From positions 162,204 through 226,203 of the forward strand of contig NMRA01000134.1 in the NCBI GenBank assembly GCA_002633005.1: a stretch of DNA of 64,000 nt. The letters run 5' to 3'. Under the pieces are notes generated by a model. It saw only the letters and a list, made by a program, of their open reading frames with translations. It was not told where the DNA came from and did not search any database. This document shows, piece after piece, positions 14,301 through 26,379 of the stretch; the stretch's first letter is position 1, and each line of letters begins with the position of its first letter. The position numbers and the translations under genes were made by a program. Source of the DNA: Phoronis australis (lineage: Eukaryota > Animalia > Phoronida).

Positions 14301-16568
14301 TTGACAAAGATATGTAAGATAAGATGATGTAATCCTTTGCTATGAAACCATTTCATACAAGCCACCCAAGACACTCAAAAACACAACAAGAGTGACTACA
14401 GTCAATGACGGTGTGACAAAAATGCTCAATAAAGTAAGTCACAGGTTGCTACCACTTAAAAATGCCCAGCATTGGATTTTTCAACACAAAACATAGCATA
14501 GCATAGCATAGCATAGCATAGCATACATAGCACGGGTCAGAGCAGAAATAACACATCCAAAAGCTAAGCATTTATTTACAAACACGGGGTAGCAACATCA
14601 AAACAATAAGTTCGTTAAATTAACATTTTGTTTATTTTACATTTTATAATACGTCTCAACTGTCTGATTTCAACGAGATGAATTATACTAAGAATAACTA
14701 GATAACACTTTTCAGCAAATACTTTTGAAATTGAAAAAGTCCAGTGCATCTAGTTTAAACCTGTAGCAACTACTTTACTTCATTTTAAAACAGTCTTTGT
14801 AATATTTAATCATTTTTAGGTTCTTAGGTGTGAGATACGTTTTATCTGTTGCAAGTTTAGAAAGTAAAGACCTAAGATTATTAATATTAGCTGAAAAATT
14901 GTAATTTAAAGGCTGTGACAGATGTACGTGACAGAAATTTGCCCTATGTCTGTCACACAATTTCTGACATAACGTATAATCCCTGGGATCTAAAATTTTA
15001 GTCAATAGTATTCAGTACAAAGTTCAAAGCGAATCTGAAATTATTTTAATTTTGATTGAAAACTTTTAACGTAACTAAACCTTTAGCACTTTTTGTGACA
15101 GACGTATGGCACCATGATATCCAGGAGTTGACCTTTGACCCCAAGAGGTCGATGATGTCCAAAGTTGTAATGTTATTTTGTATAAAGCTAGGGCTTCATG
15201 TGATAGCACAAATTTGATAATATAGTGAAATACCCATAATTAGTTTGTTTATGAAAATAATTAACAACACACATGAAAATCGAGCTAATTTTTTAGGGTC
15301 AAGTGACCCCTAAAAATAGGTCCATTTAGGCAAAAAATTAAAAGTTGTGGGGCAGTCATATATGGGTAATGAAACTAGAGAGACTGGGTTTTCAAATGAG
15401 ACCAGAAAAGTAAGTATAGTAACAATTTTATTTTTTGTCTCTAGGTTGACCTTTTCATGGCATTGCACATTGATAACTGACTGGATTATTGCAGAATGGC
15501 ATTGATAACTGACTAAACTGTTGCAGAATTGCATTGAAAACTGACTTGACTATTGCACAGTACCATTTATACCTGATAGGACTAATATAGAATGGCATAG
15601 ATAACTAATTAAGACTATTGCAATGTTTCATTGTTAGCCGACTGAAAAGTACCATTGACAACTGCATACACCAAAATCGTCAAGTGTATGATCTTCCCCT
15701 GTTGAAAATAAGACTGCGCAATTCAACTGGCGAGTCACCCATCAGTAATAAATAAAACAGCAAAATCAATTAAAAAATATCACAACAAAATTTGCTAAAT
15801 TAACAGACAAGAAATTCAAGATTTGTTCATAGAATTTACCTGCATTGTTCATAAGAACGTCCAGTCTCTCTTCAGTTTGATTGATTCTCTCGGCAAATTC
15901 TCGCACAGACTTGAGTGAGCCCAAGTCGACAAGTTGTAATACAACATTGTCATTACCAGACTGTTTCTTCACGTCGTCGACCGCCTCTTGGCCTCTTGTT
16001 TGGTCTCGACAGGCCAGAATTACACGAGCACCTGGTATGCAAACAACAATGTTATGCAAATCAAAAGCCCTTAAATAGATTTCATTTTAGCACGTATCAA
16101 TTCCCTCAGTCGGTGTTTAATAATCATCAGTTATCAGAGAATTTCTTCAAACCATCCTTGGTGCTTAATATTCGATTAATAGGGAATTCCCCCCAGCCTA
16201 GGGTCTAAGGCCACAGTTCAGGCCTTTGTTGAACTGTCAAAGGAGGACTGATGCGTGGGCTTTTTGAGGACGCCAGATTCCATTTGGCTGGCTAGGGGCA
16301 GGGCAGAGTTTTAGCCAGGCCGAGGATTTTGCCCGTCAGACATTCGCATCCCCGAACTGCCAAATGGAATCTGGGAGAATTTTAGGGGGGCTATGGTCCC
16401 CTTGGCCCCCTCGAAGTCCGCCACTGATTAGGCCTACAACTGATTCGTTTACTCATACTTACCTCTTTGAGCCAAATCCACAGCTGACTGCTTTCCAAGG
16501 CCTATGTTCCCTCCTGTGATGAGAACAGTTTTCCCGTCCATTTTGATATCTTGTACACTCTTGAACAT
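8250..16568 (-). CDS. Retinol dehydrogenase 11/12/13/14-like classical SDR, 6 coding exons, 873 nt / 290 aa
   Basis: Exons 16568-16463, 16031-15840, 11884-11723, 10518-10396, 9610-9427, 8355-8250, all GT-AG with consistent phases (1,1,1,1,2). Motifs: [45 protein letters not shown] (YxxxK), [14 protein letters not shown]. Confidence 0.95.
8990..9110. repeat. 38-bp tandem repeat, ~3.2 copies
   Basis: Unit TATCAGACTCCATGGAACCTCRTARCATTACACAGCAG, with no unique spacers. Confidence 0.95.
9427..9610 (-). CDS. SDR exon 5 ([17 protein letters not shown]...GAETQIFCS...GSYF)
   Basis: Lies within ORF 9423..9626; ATTAG| acceptor and |GTAAGT donor. Confidence 0.95.
10396..10518 (-). CDS. SDR exon 4 with catalytic YxxxK ([13 protein letters not shown])
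   Basis: Manual translation; TTCAG| acceptor and |GTAATG donor. Confidence 0.95.
10854..11681. mobile_element. Helentron-associated (HINE/pearl-like) non-autonomous element in SDR intron 3
   Basis: Starts AACAAGAG and ends with hairpin CCACA...TGTGG followed by GCGCATAA. Degenerate ~150-bp internal repeats (GAATCCATC.GAAAA, CAAATTT..TGAAAATC, AAATTGCCA.TA). The architecture matches HINE-type elements; family assignment is inferred. Confidence 0.6.
11723..11884 (-). CDS. SDR exon 3 ([29 protein letters not shown]...NLSSSAHE)
   Basis: Manual translation; CACAG| acceptor and |GTAAGT donor. Confidence 0.95.
11950..12140. mobile_element. MITE-like inverted repeat with CACTAGGTGGC in both arms
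   Basis: CATTACAACAAGCAGTTTGACATTCACTAGGTGGC is inverted relative to GCCACCTAGTGAGTTACAAAGTTGCTGTTGTCATG. Confidence 0.55.
12770..15665. repeat. ~33-bp minisatellite array (12770-13174 and 15469-15665) split by an insertion
   Basis: Degenerate units GACTGGACTAYTGCAGARTTGCATTGATAACT on both sides of 13175-15468. Confidence 0.85.
13175..15468. mobile_element. ~2.3-kb non-autonomous DNA transposon (possibly Sola-like) in SDR intron 2
   Basis: Imperfect TIR GGGCAATTCCA / TGGCATTGCAC, with GTTG/ATTG flanks as a degenerate 4-bp TSD. Internal TGACRGAYGTA motif recurs; (CATAG)n at ~14491-14530. Superfamily uncertain. Confidence 0.55.
15840..16031 (-). CDS. SDR exon 2 (ARVILACRD...LDVLMNNA)
   Basis: Lies within ORF 15766..16059; CCAG| acceptor and |GTAAAT donor. 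Confidence 0.95.
16463..16568 (-). CDS. SDR exon 1 ([35 protein letters not shown])
   Basis: GCCAAGATG start context, Rossmann TGxxxGxG motif, donor G|GTAAGT. Confidence 0.9.
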
Positions 16569-19070
16569 CTTGGCAAAGACAGCTTTTGGCCAGCTGAAAA
16601 GGAGTCTGAAAATGCCGGACGAAGCCGTGGCAAGTAGATGTTACGTGGCAAATCGTGGGACCTCAAAACTGCCTTGTCACGCTGCAAAGCTCACTCGACT
16701 GAACACTGAACTAGGCCTACCTGTCAAAGAGAATTTCCCCGATTGGCTGTGTAAATTAGGTCAATCGTTGACCGACTGGCCCATTTTAACGCGAAAGTTC
16801 AGCCGACCGGGGGTCAACAGAATCAGGAACACTAAGCCTGTCTCACGGCAACAAATTTTGTACAACTTCCAGGCCCTAAGCCAGGGCTGGGGGACCGAGG
16901 TTCAATCGAACCCCCTCCGTATATCTGTTACGCATAGGATTTAGACGAACAACAATAGGCCTACCAACAAAATTGCTGTAGGCCTACTGGCACTATTAAG
17001 TAACCCGTTCAAGTAGTGCTAATATTCAGTAACTAAACTTGGCAAATTTGGGTTCTGAATCCAAGTGCTTTATGTAATCACTTGGGCCGTAGCCTACCGG
17101 GCGACCAACTTCGCCAAGTGACCATGAGTTTGTGTACTAGATGACAGGTTCGTGTATACTGCAGACGACAATTAGATAAGGATTTCATGCAATCATCACT
17201 GACATAGACTTCTCTGCCACCACGCCCTCTTAAAACAGTACCATGGGCTTAAAATGCATCCTTGCCAGACACCGGTTTGCAACCAAAATATGAAGTAGTG
17301 TGACCATGAATTTTGACATAAACCTCAACACCCCATGGTAAATTTTGTCAAACAAGATACACAGCATTGACTACGGTCAGAAGATGTGATGGACTAAGTA
17401 CGGGTAGATCACAAATTGCCTAGAATAGACTTTTTTAATACAAAACATGTAGCTTTGCGGGCGAGAGCACAAATAACACGTTGATTCTATCAGAACAGAC
17501 ATAGTGATATGTGTTCCTTTTGGAACTCTACATAGGAAATTAAGAAGTTTTTGTATGAATATTTTTCCTTTAATAATGTTCCAAAAACCAAGATTAAGTT
17601 TAGAGACATTGAAGACAAACACAAGAACAATCAATAACTTCATAAATTAACATAGTGTTGTATGTTCACTAGAATGTGAGCAGAGTGCCGCGAGATAAGT
17701 TGAATTCCACTAAGAATAAAAAGAGCACAATGTACAAGCGTTACTTTTCAGCAAATACCTGTTTATATAGTGTGAAAGCTCGATGCATTTAGTTAAAATC
17801 AGTATAACAAGGTCTTAATTTTCTATGAACTCTCACGGTAACACTTAATTATAGAGTATGGGAACGCTTAAGAGTGGATTAAATTGATGTCTGGTTTTAG
17901 CCTCAGTTTAGATTAGGTTTTGTAATGGCTATCCAGTTGTATAAGGAGAATAGTGTCATAAAAACGCGCGCAGTTTTAAATTTTTGCACTTTAAAATGCA
18001 AATTTAAGGCAAATTTCTGAATTAACGAGCGTCACCTACCTCATGGTGAAATTTAAAACCTCATTTTGCAATGCTCATATCACTAATTGTTTAAGAGGCA
18101 AAAAATAATTGCAGTTCCAACTCTAATATAAGGAAGCTCGCGCGCGTCCCCAGCCTCTTCTCCCATCCAACTGCTTCTCGGTGGATGCTCCCTTAGCCTA
18201 GATAGTGATACCCGTCTAGATGTTTTTCCACCTTCGTGTCCCCTCTTCTTGGAGTCCTCCGAAACCGCGGCCCAAGCCTAGTAATACATATACCTCTACC
18301 CGTCAACCATTTCCAGGTTGACGTCTGCAACCAAACATACAACAAAAATTGTGTCCTCCCACACAGTCATACGTCGCCATACAAGACACAACAGAACCAA
18401 GGAACTATAACGGAACTAAAGCAAAGAAATGTCCGTTCGATTGCACTCACGCTGTCTCGTTCGCTCACGCCAACTTTCTGTGCTTACCTGGACATGCACA
18501 CTAGGAAGTTGAAAGGACTCTACCGGCAGAGTACCTGTATGTGTATGTTTGTGAAATCACTGTTGTCTTTGTCTTATGTCTTTGAGCCACGCAGCTTGAA
18601 ATCGATCGAGACGTGCGTATGGCTGTTTACAAGACATTTCAAGACGTTGGACATGCAACTAGGGATTAGCGGAATGTACGCTTGGAATATACGTCAGGCA
18701 GTATAATTGTAACTTCAATGCATTAATGCAAACGAGTGAATGAGAGAAAGAACTTCTCGGTGATTGTGACCGAATCAAATTGTTTTATCGTATCGAAGTT
18801 TGTAGTTGCTTCATTTAGAACTAGGCAACCTTAGTGGTCGTGTAGTTATATTGCTACTGCCTGTATGTATATTGCGTTTGAATATGGACCACAGGCCTTT
18901 GTGCTTCAAGGGATCTTCTTTACTGGTATCTGATGTGAATTATGTCAATTATGCGATAACGTCACGTGACTAGTACTCGGCTCACATGAGTGGTGAAAAA
19001 GGTGGCAGTTTCATTGGCCACTAGGGAAAACGCTGACGTTTTGGTCAGACAGACGAGCTGTCCGCAAAGG

Positions 19071-19473
19071 TATCGTTGGCCAAATGGCGAACGTTACGCA
19101 CGTAAATTACCTGCGTAAATTAATTCTTGTTAGTGAGGTAAAATGATTAATAACGGCGTCAATTAAATATTTGTGGCGCAAATTAACTTTTAACGGCGTA
19201 AAGTAATTGTTTGCGGCGTAAACTTAAGTTAATTTACGTGCATAAGTTACGCACGTAAATAATTAATTTACGTGTATAAATACGACCGTAAATAACTACT
19301 TTACGCCCTTAAAAATTACTTTACGCCGCACATAATCACTTCACGTTTGTTCAGAGTTAATTTACGCCGCAAATAATTAGTTTGCGCCGTTAACAATTAA
19401 TTCACCTCACTAACAAGAATTAATTTACGCACGTAATTTACGTGCGTAACGTTCACTCATTTGGCTAACGATA
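19071..19473. mobile_element. Foldback MITE with TA at both ends and long TIRs rich in TTTACG/CGTAAA submotifs
   Basis: TATCGTTGGCCAAATGGCGAACGTTACGCACGTAAATTAC is inverted relative to GTAATTTACGTGCGTAACGTTCACTCATTTGGCTAACGATA; nearly the whole element is palindromic. Confidence 0.85.
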
Positions 19474-20438
19474 CGAAGGGTAATTTTCGCCAATGGTTTG
19501 TCCGTTTCCTCAACACTCGAGTCGTTTTCAAGCGAAAATTGGTGTCATAACACGTTCACCTGTGCCATAAATTGATTGATGTGACGTTAGGGGGCTGGGT
19601 TTTGTCTTTTCTTCACTCTGTCGAAAAACCATATGCAAAGAATGAAAAGTTTTGAGCCATTTCACATCAAAAGCACACTCAGAAACTTTATTTTGTGTTG
19701 TATTTTTGTCCCGTTCACTCAGGTTGACTAAAAAATGGGGTTACAAACACAAAACTGACACTTTTCACCCCCAAACTACCACTTCCACGCCGATGCGTGA
19801 CATATGCCAACACTACATTCTGAAAGAAAATTTCCTACAAGTTCCAAAAATGTAGTCCAAAAGTGCTGTCAACCTACTAGAATTCTGGCATGTTTCAGGG
19901 CTACCTGAAATCGCAGCCGATTCCTCAATCTCTACCCATCAGTGCACAAATGCATCAGGGTCACGCCATCTAGAAGGAAAGGGCATCTGCCGCAGAATAA
20001 GTGGTATTTTTTCATTCCTATCATGTTCACTGAACAAACCAGACTCACTGAGCCTACATGCGCCGCCTATACCTCAAGACAGGCCGGTCCCAAAAAAAAT
20101 TGCCCCATCCATAGACTTTATATTTTGGCATTACAAATTGGCCTAACTGTTAAGTGCCACCATAGAACAAATGCCTCGACCGTACCCCTGCGCATTGTGT
20201 CCTCGCTCGCTGCGACAAAAATCAAGCCAAAATCACGTGCTCTTATTGAAAATACACGGCAACATCTCACAGACTTACCCCAGAACAAAGTTCCTGGAAT
20301 GAGTTGTCAGGACAACTTGCACAACCTGGTACACTTGCCACAACTTAGCCTTCTTATTCCCCATGCCACACCACCAGTGGCCTTCAAAAAACGTAATACA
20401 TTTTCCTCACAGTCAGCTGTACGTGTGTGTGGAATTAT

Positions 20439-20656
20439 GATGGGCCATTGGGGGAACTTGCCGCCGTAAAATTACGCTCGTAATTACGAATCATTATGCT
20501 GTTAATTATGACGGCGTAAAACTACGCTCGTAAATCCTTACCGCGACATCTTCCCTATTTTATTTACGCGCGTAATTTATATGTCGACATTTTCCCAATT
20601 TGAATATAAAAGTGCGAGCGTAATTTTACGGCGACACTTCAACCCAACGGCCCATC
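20439..20656. mobile_element. MITE
   Basis: GATGGGCCATTGGG...CCGTAAAATTACGCTCG is inverted relative to CGAGCGTAATTTTACGG...CCCAACGGCCCATC. Confidence 0.75.
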
Positions 20657-21401
20657 TAGACGCGTTTGCATTTAACGTGTAGCCGAAACTCGCTACTAAA
20701 CGCGTGTAATATTCCAAATGCACTGCTCGCCATTCGCTCGGGTGATTTCGCATGGTCTAGGGTGATCTCGCTTTTCTAGCAAGCACTTGCTCAACGCAAC
20801 GCAGCCGAAGCTCGACGCTTAAAATGACAAGCCAGTGTATTCCTAATCTCCAGCAATGAGTAACGATTTCCCTCCAGGGCAGCAATCACCTCCACACTGA
20901 ATGAAGAACAAGCAGAGAACAGCCCCTGATATTGTTTATATACCAGAAAGATGCGATCATTGCGGCACAGTGAGGGTTGTTTTGGTGGTTTGAGACGTGC
21001 GTCCTTTACCCCCAGTTGTCCATACAACTCGCCCGGGCCGAATTCGAAGCGTTGGTCAAGCATCCCGATTTAGCAGATTTCAGTGCGGGGTTGTCGAATT
21101 TGAAACAAACATGTACCACAGAGCATTATTGTGTTTCAGAAATTTAATGTCAAGTCTGTGGTAAAATCAAACGATAGTCAAAAACACAGTGCTGCTTGAA
21201 GATAAAAAACGAAATGATGTCGTGTTGAAATAACATCACCTGGAACAACTTAGTTTTGTTAAGTTTCGTTTTATCAGTGAAGTTCAAAGTTAAAATGAAG
21301 AGGAAAGATCTACTGTCCATCAGGTAATAAAATTTATTGAAGAAAAATGGTAATGGTTTTAAGACGCTCCAATGGCTTCACTGTCTTTCACAGATAGTTC
21401 G

Positions 21402-21526
21402 AAAGTGATAGACTTGGGGTACACGTCATCAAAGTGATAGACCTGGGGTACACGTCATAAAAGTGATAGACCTGGGGTACACGTCATAAAAGTGATAGAC
21501 CTGGGGTACACGTCATAAAAGTGATA
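21402..21526. repeat. 29-bp tandem repeat, ~4.3 copies
   Basis: Unit AAAGTGATAGACCTGGGGTACACGTCATA, near-identical and without spacers. Confidence 0.95.
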
Positions 21527-21795
21527 CAAGACAGAAATTCGGTCTTATGCTCCAAACAACTATTTTTGAAAAATAATTAAATCTCACTTTAGCAAAAGAG
21601 CAAAGTCTCTGAGGATATACAGAGAATATAAACAACTGTTAAATACTGAGATAATTTCCTTAAATTATTTCTAGACCGTGCCGATACGCTCATAATTACT
21701 TAGCTAATCCTTTATCCACCAATTGGGAAACGGGAGCGTAAACCAAATTTTTGTCTCTAAATCTCAAGTCATTTTTTATGAAACCGGCCTCTGTG

Positions 21796-22227
21796 GCCGG
21801 TTGCATGAAACAGTCTCAAATAGGAACTCGACTAAGATCCCTAAGTCTTTTTGCGTATTTGTGTCTTTATGGACTCACAGATGCAATTTGTTTCTATCAT
21901 TTCATCCTTATTAAGAGCTCCCCTTTGATTAATGACATTTTCTAATAATAGAATTAAAAATGAGCCCAGAGTTCATTGGAAATAAACAGGGACTCAAACC
22001 TTAAATTGGGGGTGTTGCATGAAAAGATACCTAAATATTTTCGACAATATTGACAATTCAACGTAGAATTCACTCTCGACTTGTATCAAAGTCAAAAGTT
22101 GACTTAGTAATGAAATTAAAACAATTCAAGAAAGGAGAATCGATGTTTACACAAGTACAAAAATACTCAGAAGATTTAGGGAACTTAGTTGAGTCCCTAT
22201 TTGGGACTGTTTCATGCAACCGGGCAC
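21796..22227. mobile_element. MITE (probably PIF/Harbinger-type), flanked by two diverged copies of a ~200-bp direct repeat (21532-21745, 22270-22470); related decayed copy at ~32050-32530
   Basis: TIR CCGGTTGCATGAAACAGTCTCAAATAGGAACTCGACTAAGATCCCTAAGTCTT versus AAGATTTAGGGAACTTAGTTGAGTCCCTATTTGGGACTGTTTCATGCAACCGG. Confidence 0.75.
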
Positions 22228-23750
22228 AAGCGTCTGCTTCATGAAATAAGACTTGATACTTTCTTAAGTCAGAAACTTGGTCTTACGCTCCACATTACTA
22301 TTTCAGAAAAATAATTAAAACTCATTTGAGCAAAAATGTAAAGTCACTGAAAATGTTCACACGACTGCTAGTTACTGAGATAAGTTCTGTGAAATTACTT
22401 CTAGACTATGGTGCGCTTATGACAACTTGGCTAAACCTTAAACAATTGTGAAGTGGGAGCGCTGAGAACAAATTTCTGAGTCATTTTCGTGGCACAGAAC
22501 CCAGGGCCCAGTGTCTAGTCGGTCCATTCGAAATGATTTTTCGCATTTTAAGTTTTATTTGTACAAACTCAAGATAAGTGTTTTGTTTTGCTCTGCTCGA
22601 GTATGTTATGGTTTATACAGACGAGTGTCTAGTTCAAATTGGCACTTGACGACCTGTCCAGATTCGAACTACGAACTCAAGTAAAACTCGAGATTTCGAG
22701 TCGGCTCAAACTTATAGCGCTAATGCTGGTTTCATCAAGTGCAAGCCACGATTAGAAAGCCATTCATGCAAATCATAATGCACTCGTGTATAAATGTAGA
22801 GCGGAAAATATCAAAAATAATTTCGATTTCGAGTACAAAGATTAGACACCAGGCCCAGATGTCCGGCCTGTGATATATCTGAGATGGGCTTCGTTCCGCA
22901 GACCCAAAACAACCAAGAGAAAAGGTAGAATGAGCACGTGCCTCGCTTGTAAATTCATGGCAATATCTCGCGAGATTCTTGTGTCTACGGAACGCAGTCA
23001 AAGGGCCCGTGTGTTGACACTTAAATACATGCAAATAGGATTACCTCCCTTGCTACACCCATAAATGATGACGTTAGCAATGACGAATTAAACGAAACTC
23101 CTCCTGTTACATTTCTTAGATAACATTCACAACTTTGCAACAGCTAGTACATAAACAGTTTCTCACTAACATGTTAACAAAAGTGGGCGTACCAAAATTC
23201 TGAAAAGAATAATAAAAATATCTTGACATCAATACTACAAAAGTTTGTGCAGTGCTCGGAAACTGCGGTTTTTCACAAACTCAGTCTTGTACGCTTTTTT
23301 TCTTGCAGTCTGTTCCCTGGCTAGCCGTGAGAAAATTCATATGTAATAAATATCAAGACTGCAGGTCGCGACCTCTGTTGTGCGATCAAAACTTGCATGG
23401 GTGGGAATGAACAAAGCATGTGTTTCACTAAAAAGTCGTCATTGAACCTTTTTAACTTACGCCGTAACTTAAGATTTAAGTCGGCGTTTCAATTAATAGC
23501 TTAAATGTTGCTGAAGTTATTTCTTCACATAAAACTTGTTTCAAATTTCAGAAGCCACCGTGGAAATCAGTGTTGCGTCCCGTAGACTAGATATAAGAGC
23601 GGGAATAAAACTGTAATGTGACCACGTGCTTTTCATGTTATGCATGACAATACCTCCCAAAGTCTCGCGGTAATACGAGTTTCTTGGGTCTACAGAACGC
23701 AGGCCAAACCTGTATGACCAAAAGAGTTTTTAGGTGCTTTAATTAATGAA

Positions 23751-25147
23751 TCAGACTCCAAGTCCATGAACATAGAGCAAACAACAAAGCTTATATCCAT
23801 ACCTACAAACAAACAAGCACAAAAAGGTTGTGAAGGCAATATTCCCAACGGAAGCAAGGCACTGTCCTATTTACCTGCCGATGAAATTAGCTTGGTCACA
23901 GTCCGAGTTATCTCGTTTGACGTTTCTTCGCAAAAAGAAACCAGTCTTCAAAGAATCATCGCTACAGTTTCCTGAATTGTCAGTAACCCATAAAAAGGGT
24001 TACTGGCTTGAACAATGTTACGTTTTCCAACAATGTTTCCACTTGCTATTGATGCCCATAACTTCGCGAGTGTTGGCTTATGTCGTAAACGATCCCGTGC
24101 ACAGACGTCACGTGACCCTACTGTTCACACGGTGTCCACCACGCAAAATCACACGAGCATGTGTCTAAGCTGAATACGAGGCCGTGAGGACACAAATAAC
24201 GTTGTGTCTTTGTGCGGTGACCTTTGTACAGAACTTTCTCTTTTCTTATGAATTCTCTGCAGTTTGTCCGTGACACTATCGTGTAAATACTACGTGAATT
24301 GTGACAACAAGTACCCTCATCTAAGCACGATTCTGAAAGAAAAATATTGGCCGAATTATTAGGAATGGCAAGGGAATCTTGAATGTCGTAAAAGAGTGGC
24401 GGCTCAACTACAATTTTCGAAGCTATGACGACGGCGATGCTTTTCCTTTATCTTTTTTCTTGTCGTGTCTTATGGCAAGAGTAATGAAAAGCATTTGGCA
24501 ATATGAATATTGAAAATGAGGACTTTGACCCATGTCTTATCCGGATTGACATTGAATCGTTTTAAGAGCAGAAAAAGGCTTATACACTTATTCATGTATA
24601 CTTTTAACATTTGATATTGTGCATGTGTCACAATTATCAAATGACCACTAAAAACAGTTAAAAAATCTTTATTTCTCCACTTCAACAAGTTATCAATTTA
24701 TTGGCCCAACATGACAACACTCACTGTCTCCCCCGGCCTCATGCAACATTAACTTATTGGCCCCACGCAATAGTGACGTTATTATAACTAACTGCCCCCA
24801 GATAACGACTGCACGTTTTTATAACTTATTGGCCACAAACAACAAAATACATCATGACCTATCGGTTGTGTGGTCTATAAACTTGAAGATGCCATGTGCA
24901 CGTTGGATCCGTTTGGTTTTTTTCAAACCGGTTAGGTTAGATTCTTCTACGACTTCTGTTGGAGAACTGTTCCACTTGATTTGACTCGCATATGACTAAC
25001 TGTTAAAAACTTACTTTTTCGTCCCATACTCCATCTCTGCCTGTAGTGAGCTGAACTCTCGTTTCCAGTCGGTTTTGTTGCGCACAAACTCAAAATAAAT
25101 AGCATAACAACCATCACCGCGGCGGTGACTTTTAGACAAGTCGACAT
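23751..25147 (-). CDS. Putative neuropeptide/peptide-hormone precursor, 3 coding exons (25147-25015, 23971-23875, 23802-23751), 93 aa
   Basis: Spliced product MSTCLKVTAAVMVVMLFILSLCATKPTGNESSAHYRQRWSMG-RKR-NCSDDSLKTGFFL-RR-NV-KR-DNSDCDQANFIGRYGYKLCCLLYVHGLGV*. It has a hydrophobic signal peptide and a Gly + RKR site. Donors are GTAAGT and GTAAAT; acceptors are TTCAG and TTTGTTTGTAG. Only the phase-correct frame of exon 2 is stop-free. Confidence 0.65.
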
Positions 25148-25433
25148 TGTAATATTTCAAATTCATGTGTTTTGGCCACTTGGGCTTTGCAATTTCCTGA
25201 TCGAACACTTCGTTGACAACCTTTGTGGTATCCTATAAGATCATAAGATTTATTCAAGTCCTGTTCAGCTTGTCCGACGTTCTGCGGTATATGCAGCTGT
25301 TGTTTACCGCGGATGGACTTTTTATAGGACTCCAGCTTTTCGGGTACCGGTAATGTTATACTTAAAGAACACAGTCCCGACGCGTAACCAGAAACCCGTC
25401 GGACACACCCATAATGCAGTACCGTTTGGGACG

Positions 25434-25490
25434 CTCGCCGGTTCCCTACGTGCCGCTAGGTGGTAGCCGGGCACGTAGGGAACCAGCGAG
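25434..25490. mobile_element. 57-bp hairpin micro-element with 9-bp TSD (TTTGGGACG)
   Basis: Stem CTCGCCGGTTCCCTACGTGCC / GGCACGTAGGGAACCAGCGAG; the same 9-mer lies on both flanks. Confidence 0.85.
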
Positions 25491-26379
25491 TTTGGGACGA
25501 TCATCGTCTGATGTCAAACATCTGTGTCGTTTGGCAGTTGGCCTGAATGGCGGAAAGATATCAAGAAAACTCATCCACGGCTTGAAACTATCCGCAGAGT
25601 TTTGCTTTAGTTTTTCATGCCATTAGACATTTCCTTCTTCGAAATGCAATGAAATATTTTATGAATGTGTAAGACAGATAAGCCTGTCCCCTGCGGTCCC
25701 TATGACTCTGATACGACTGGTACATGTTTTGACGGTTTCAATTCGAAGCAGACCTATCTCTAAATGGTTTTCCTAGACCAACTGAAATTTTTTATTACGT
25801 CATACCATGTTGAGGTCTGCCCCATCACTCTGTTCAAATTACCATCTGGACCAAGTTTATGTCTTCAGTCGTTAATAGTTATTGCCTTTTCCGGGGGCGT
25901 GTACTGTCTGACGAAATCTCGACAAACAAGAGGCTAAAGAATATTTTTAGCATCGCCTTGCTACGTCATACGAAATGTAATATAGGCTTGGTTCATACGG
26001 CATTAAATGACTGTTTCTGTTTTAAAAGTTCGGCGCTAAAGGCTTCTTACCAAAACGACCACACCACTAAGGCTTGTCACAAAAATGAAATGAAAGTGGA
26101 TAACACTGGTCCCATTTTGCTGGTTGTCTTTAGTGGTCAGTGGTTTTTCAAAACTATACGCGTCAAATAGAGGATATAAAAGAAGAGAGCCCCCGGTTTT
26201 TATAGCATTGCCTTGTGTTGACTTCTTCCAGATGCAAGCTGTGGATGGCTGTAAATTAGCCTATTTACAGACACTAAAAGAACGTGCTGCCTAACTGGTG
26301 TTGTGTAACAGTCAGTGTGGTCACAGCCCCTGGTATTGACTTTGAAATTACCATCTGTAAAAGATGGTAAGTCCGACTA

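Noticed and set aside
16502-16944. ORFs 16504..16944 (+) and 16502..16687 (-)
   Set aside because: They are antisense or off-frame overlaps of SDR exon 1 and its promoter, with no motifs.
18236-20469. ORFs 18236..18706 and 19942..20469
   Set aside because: GTG starts, no domains, and located among MITEs; likely chance ORFs.
21402-21526. CRISPR-like 29-bp repeats (also the 38-bp repeats at 8990-9110)
   Set aside because: The units are head-to-tail with no unique spacers, there are no cas genes, and the context is eukaryotic.
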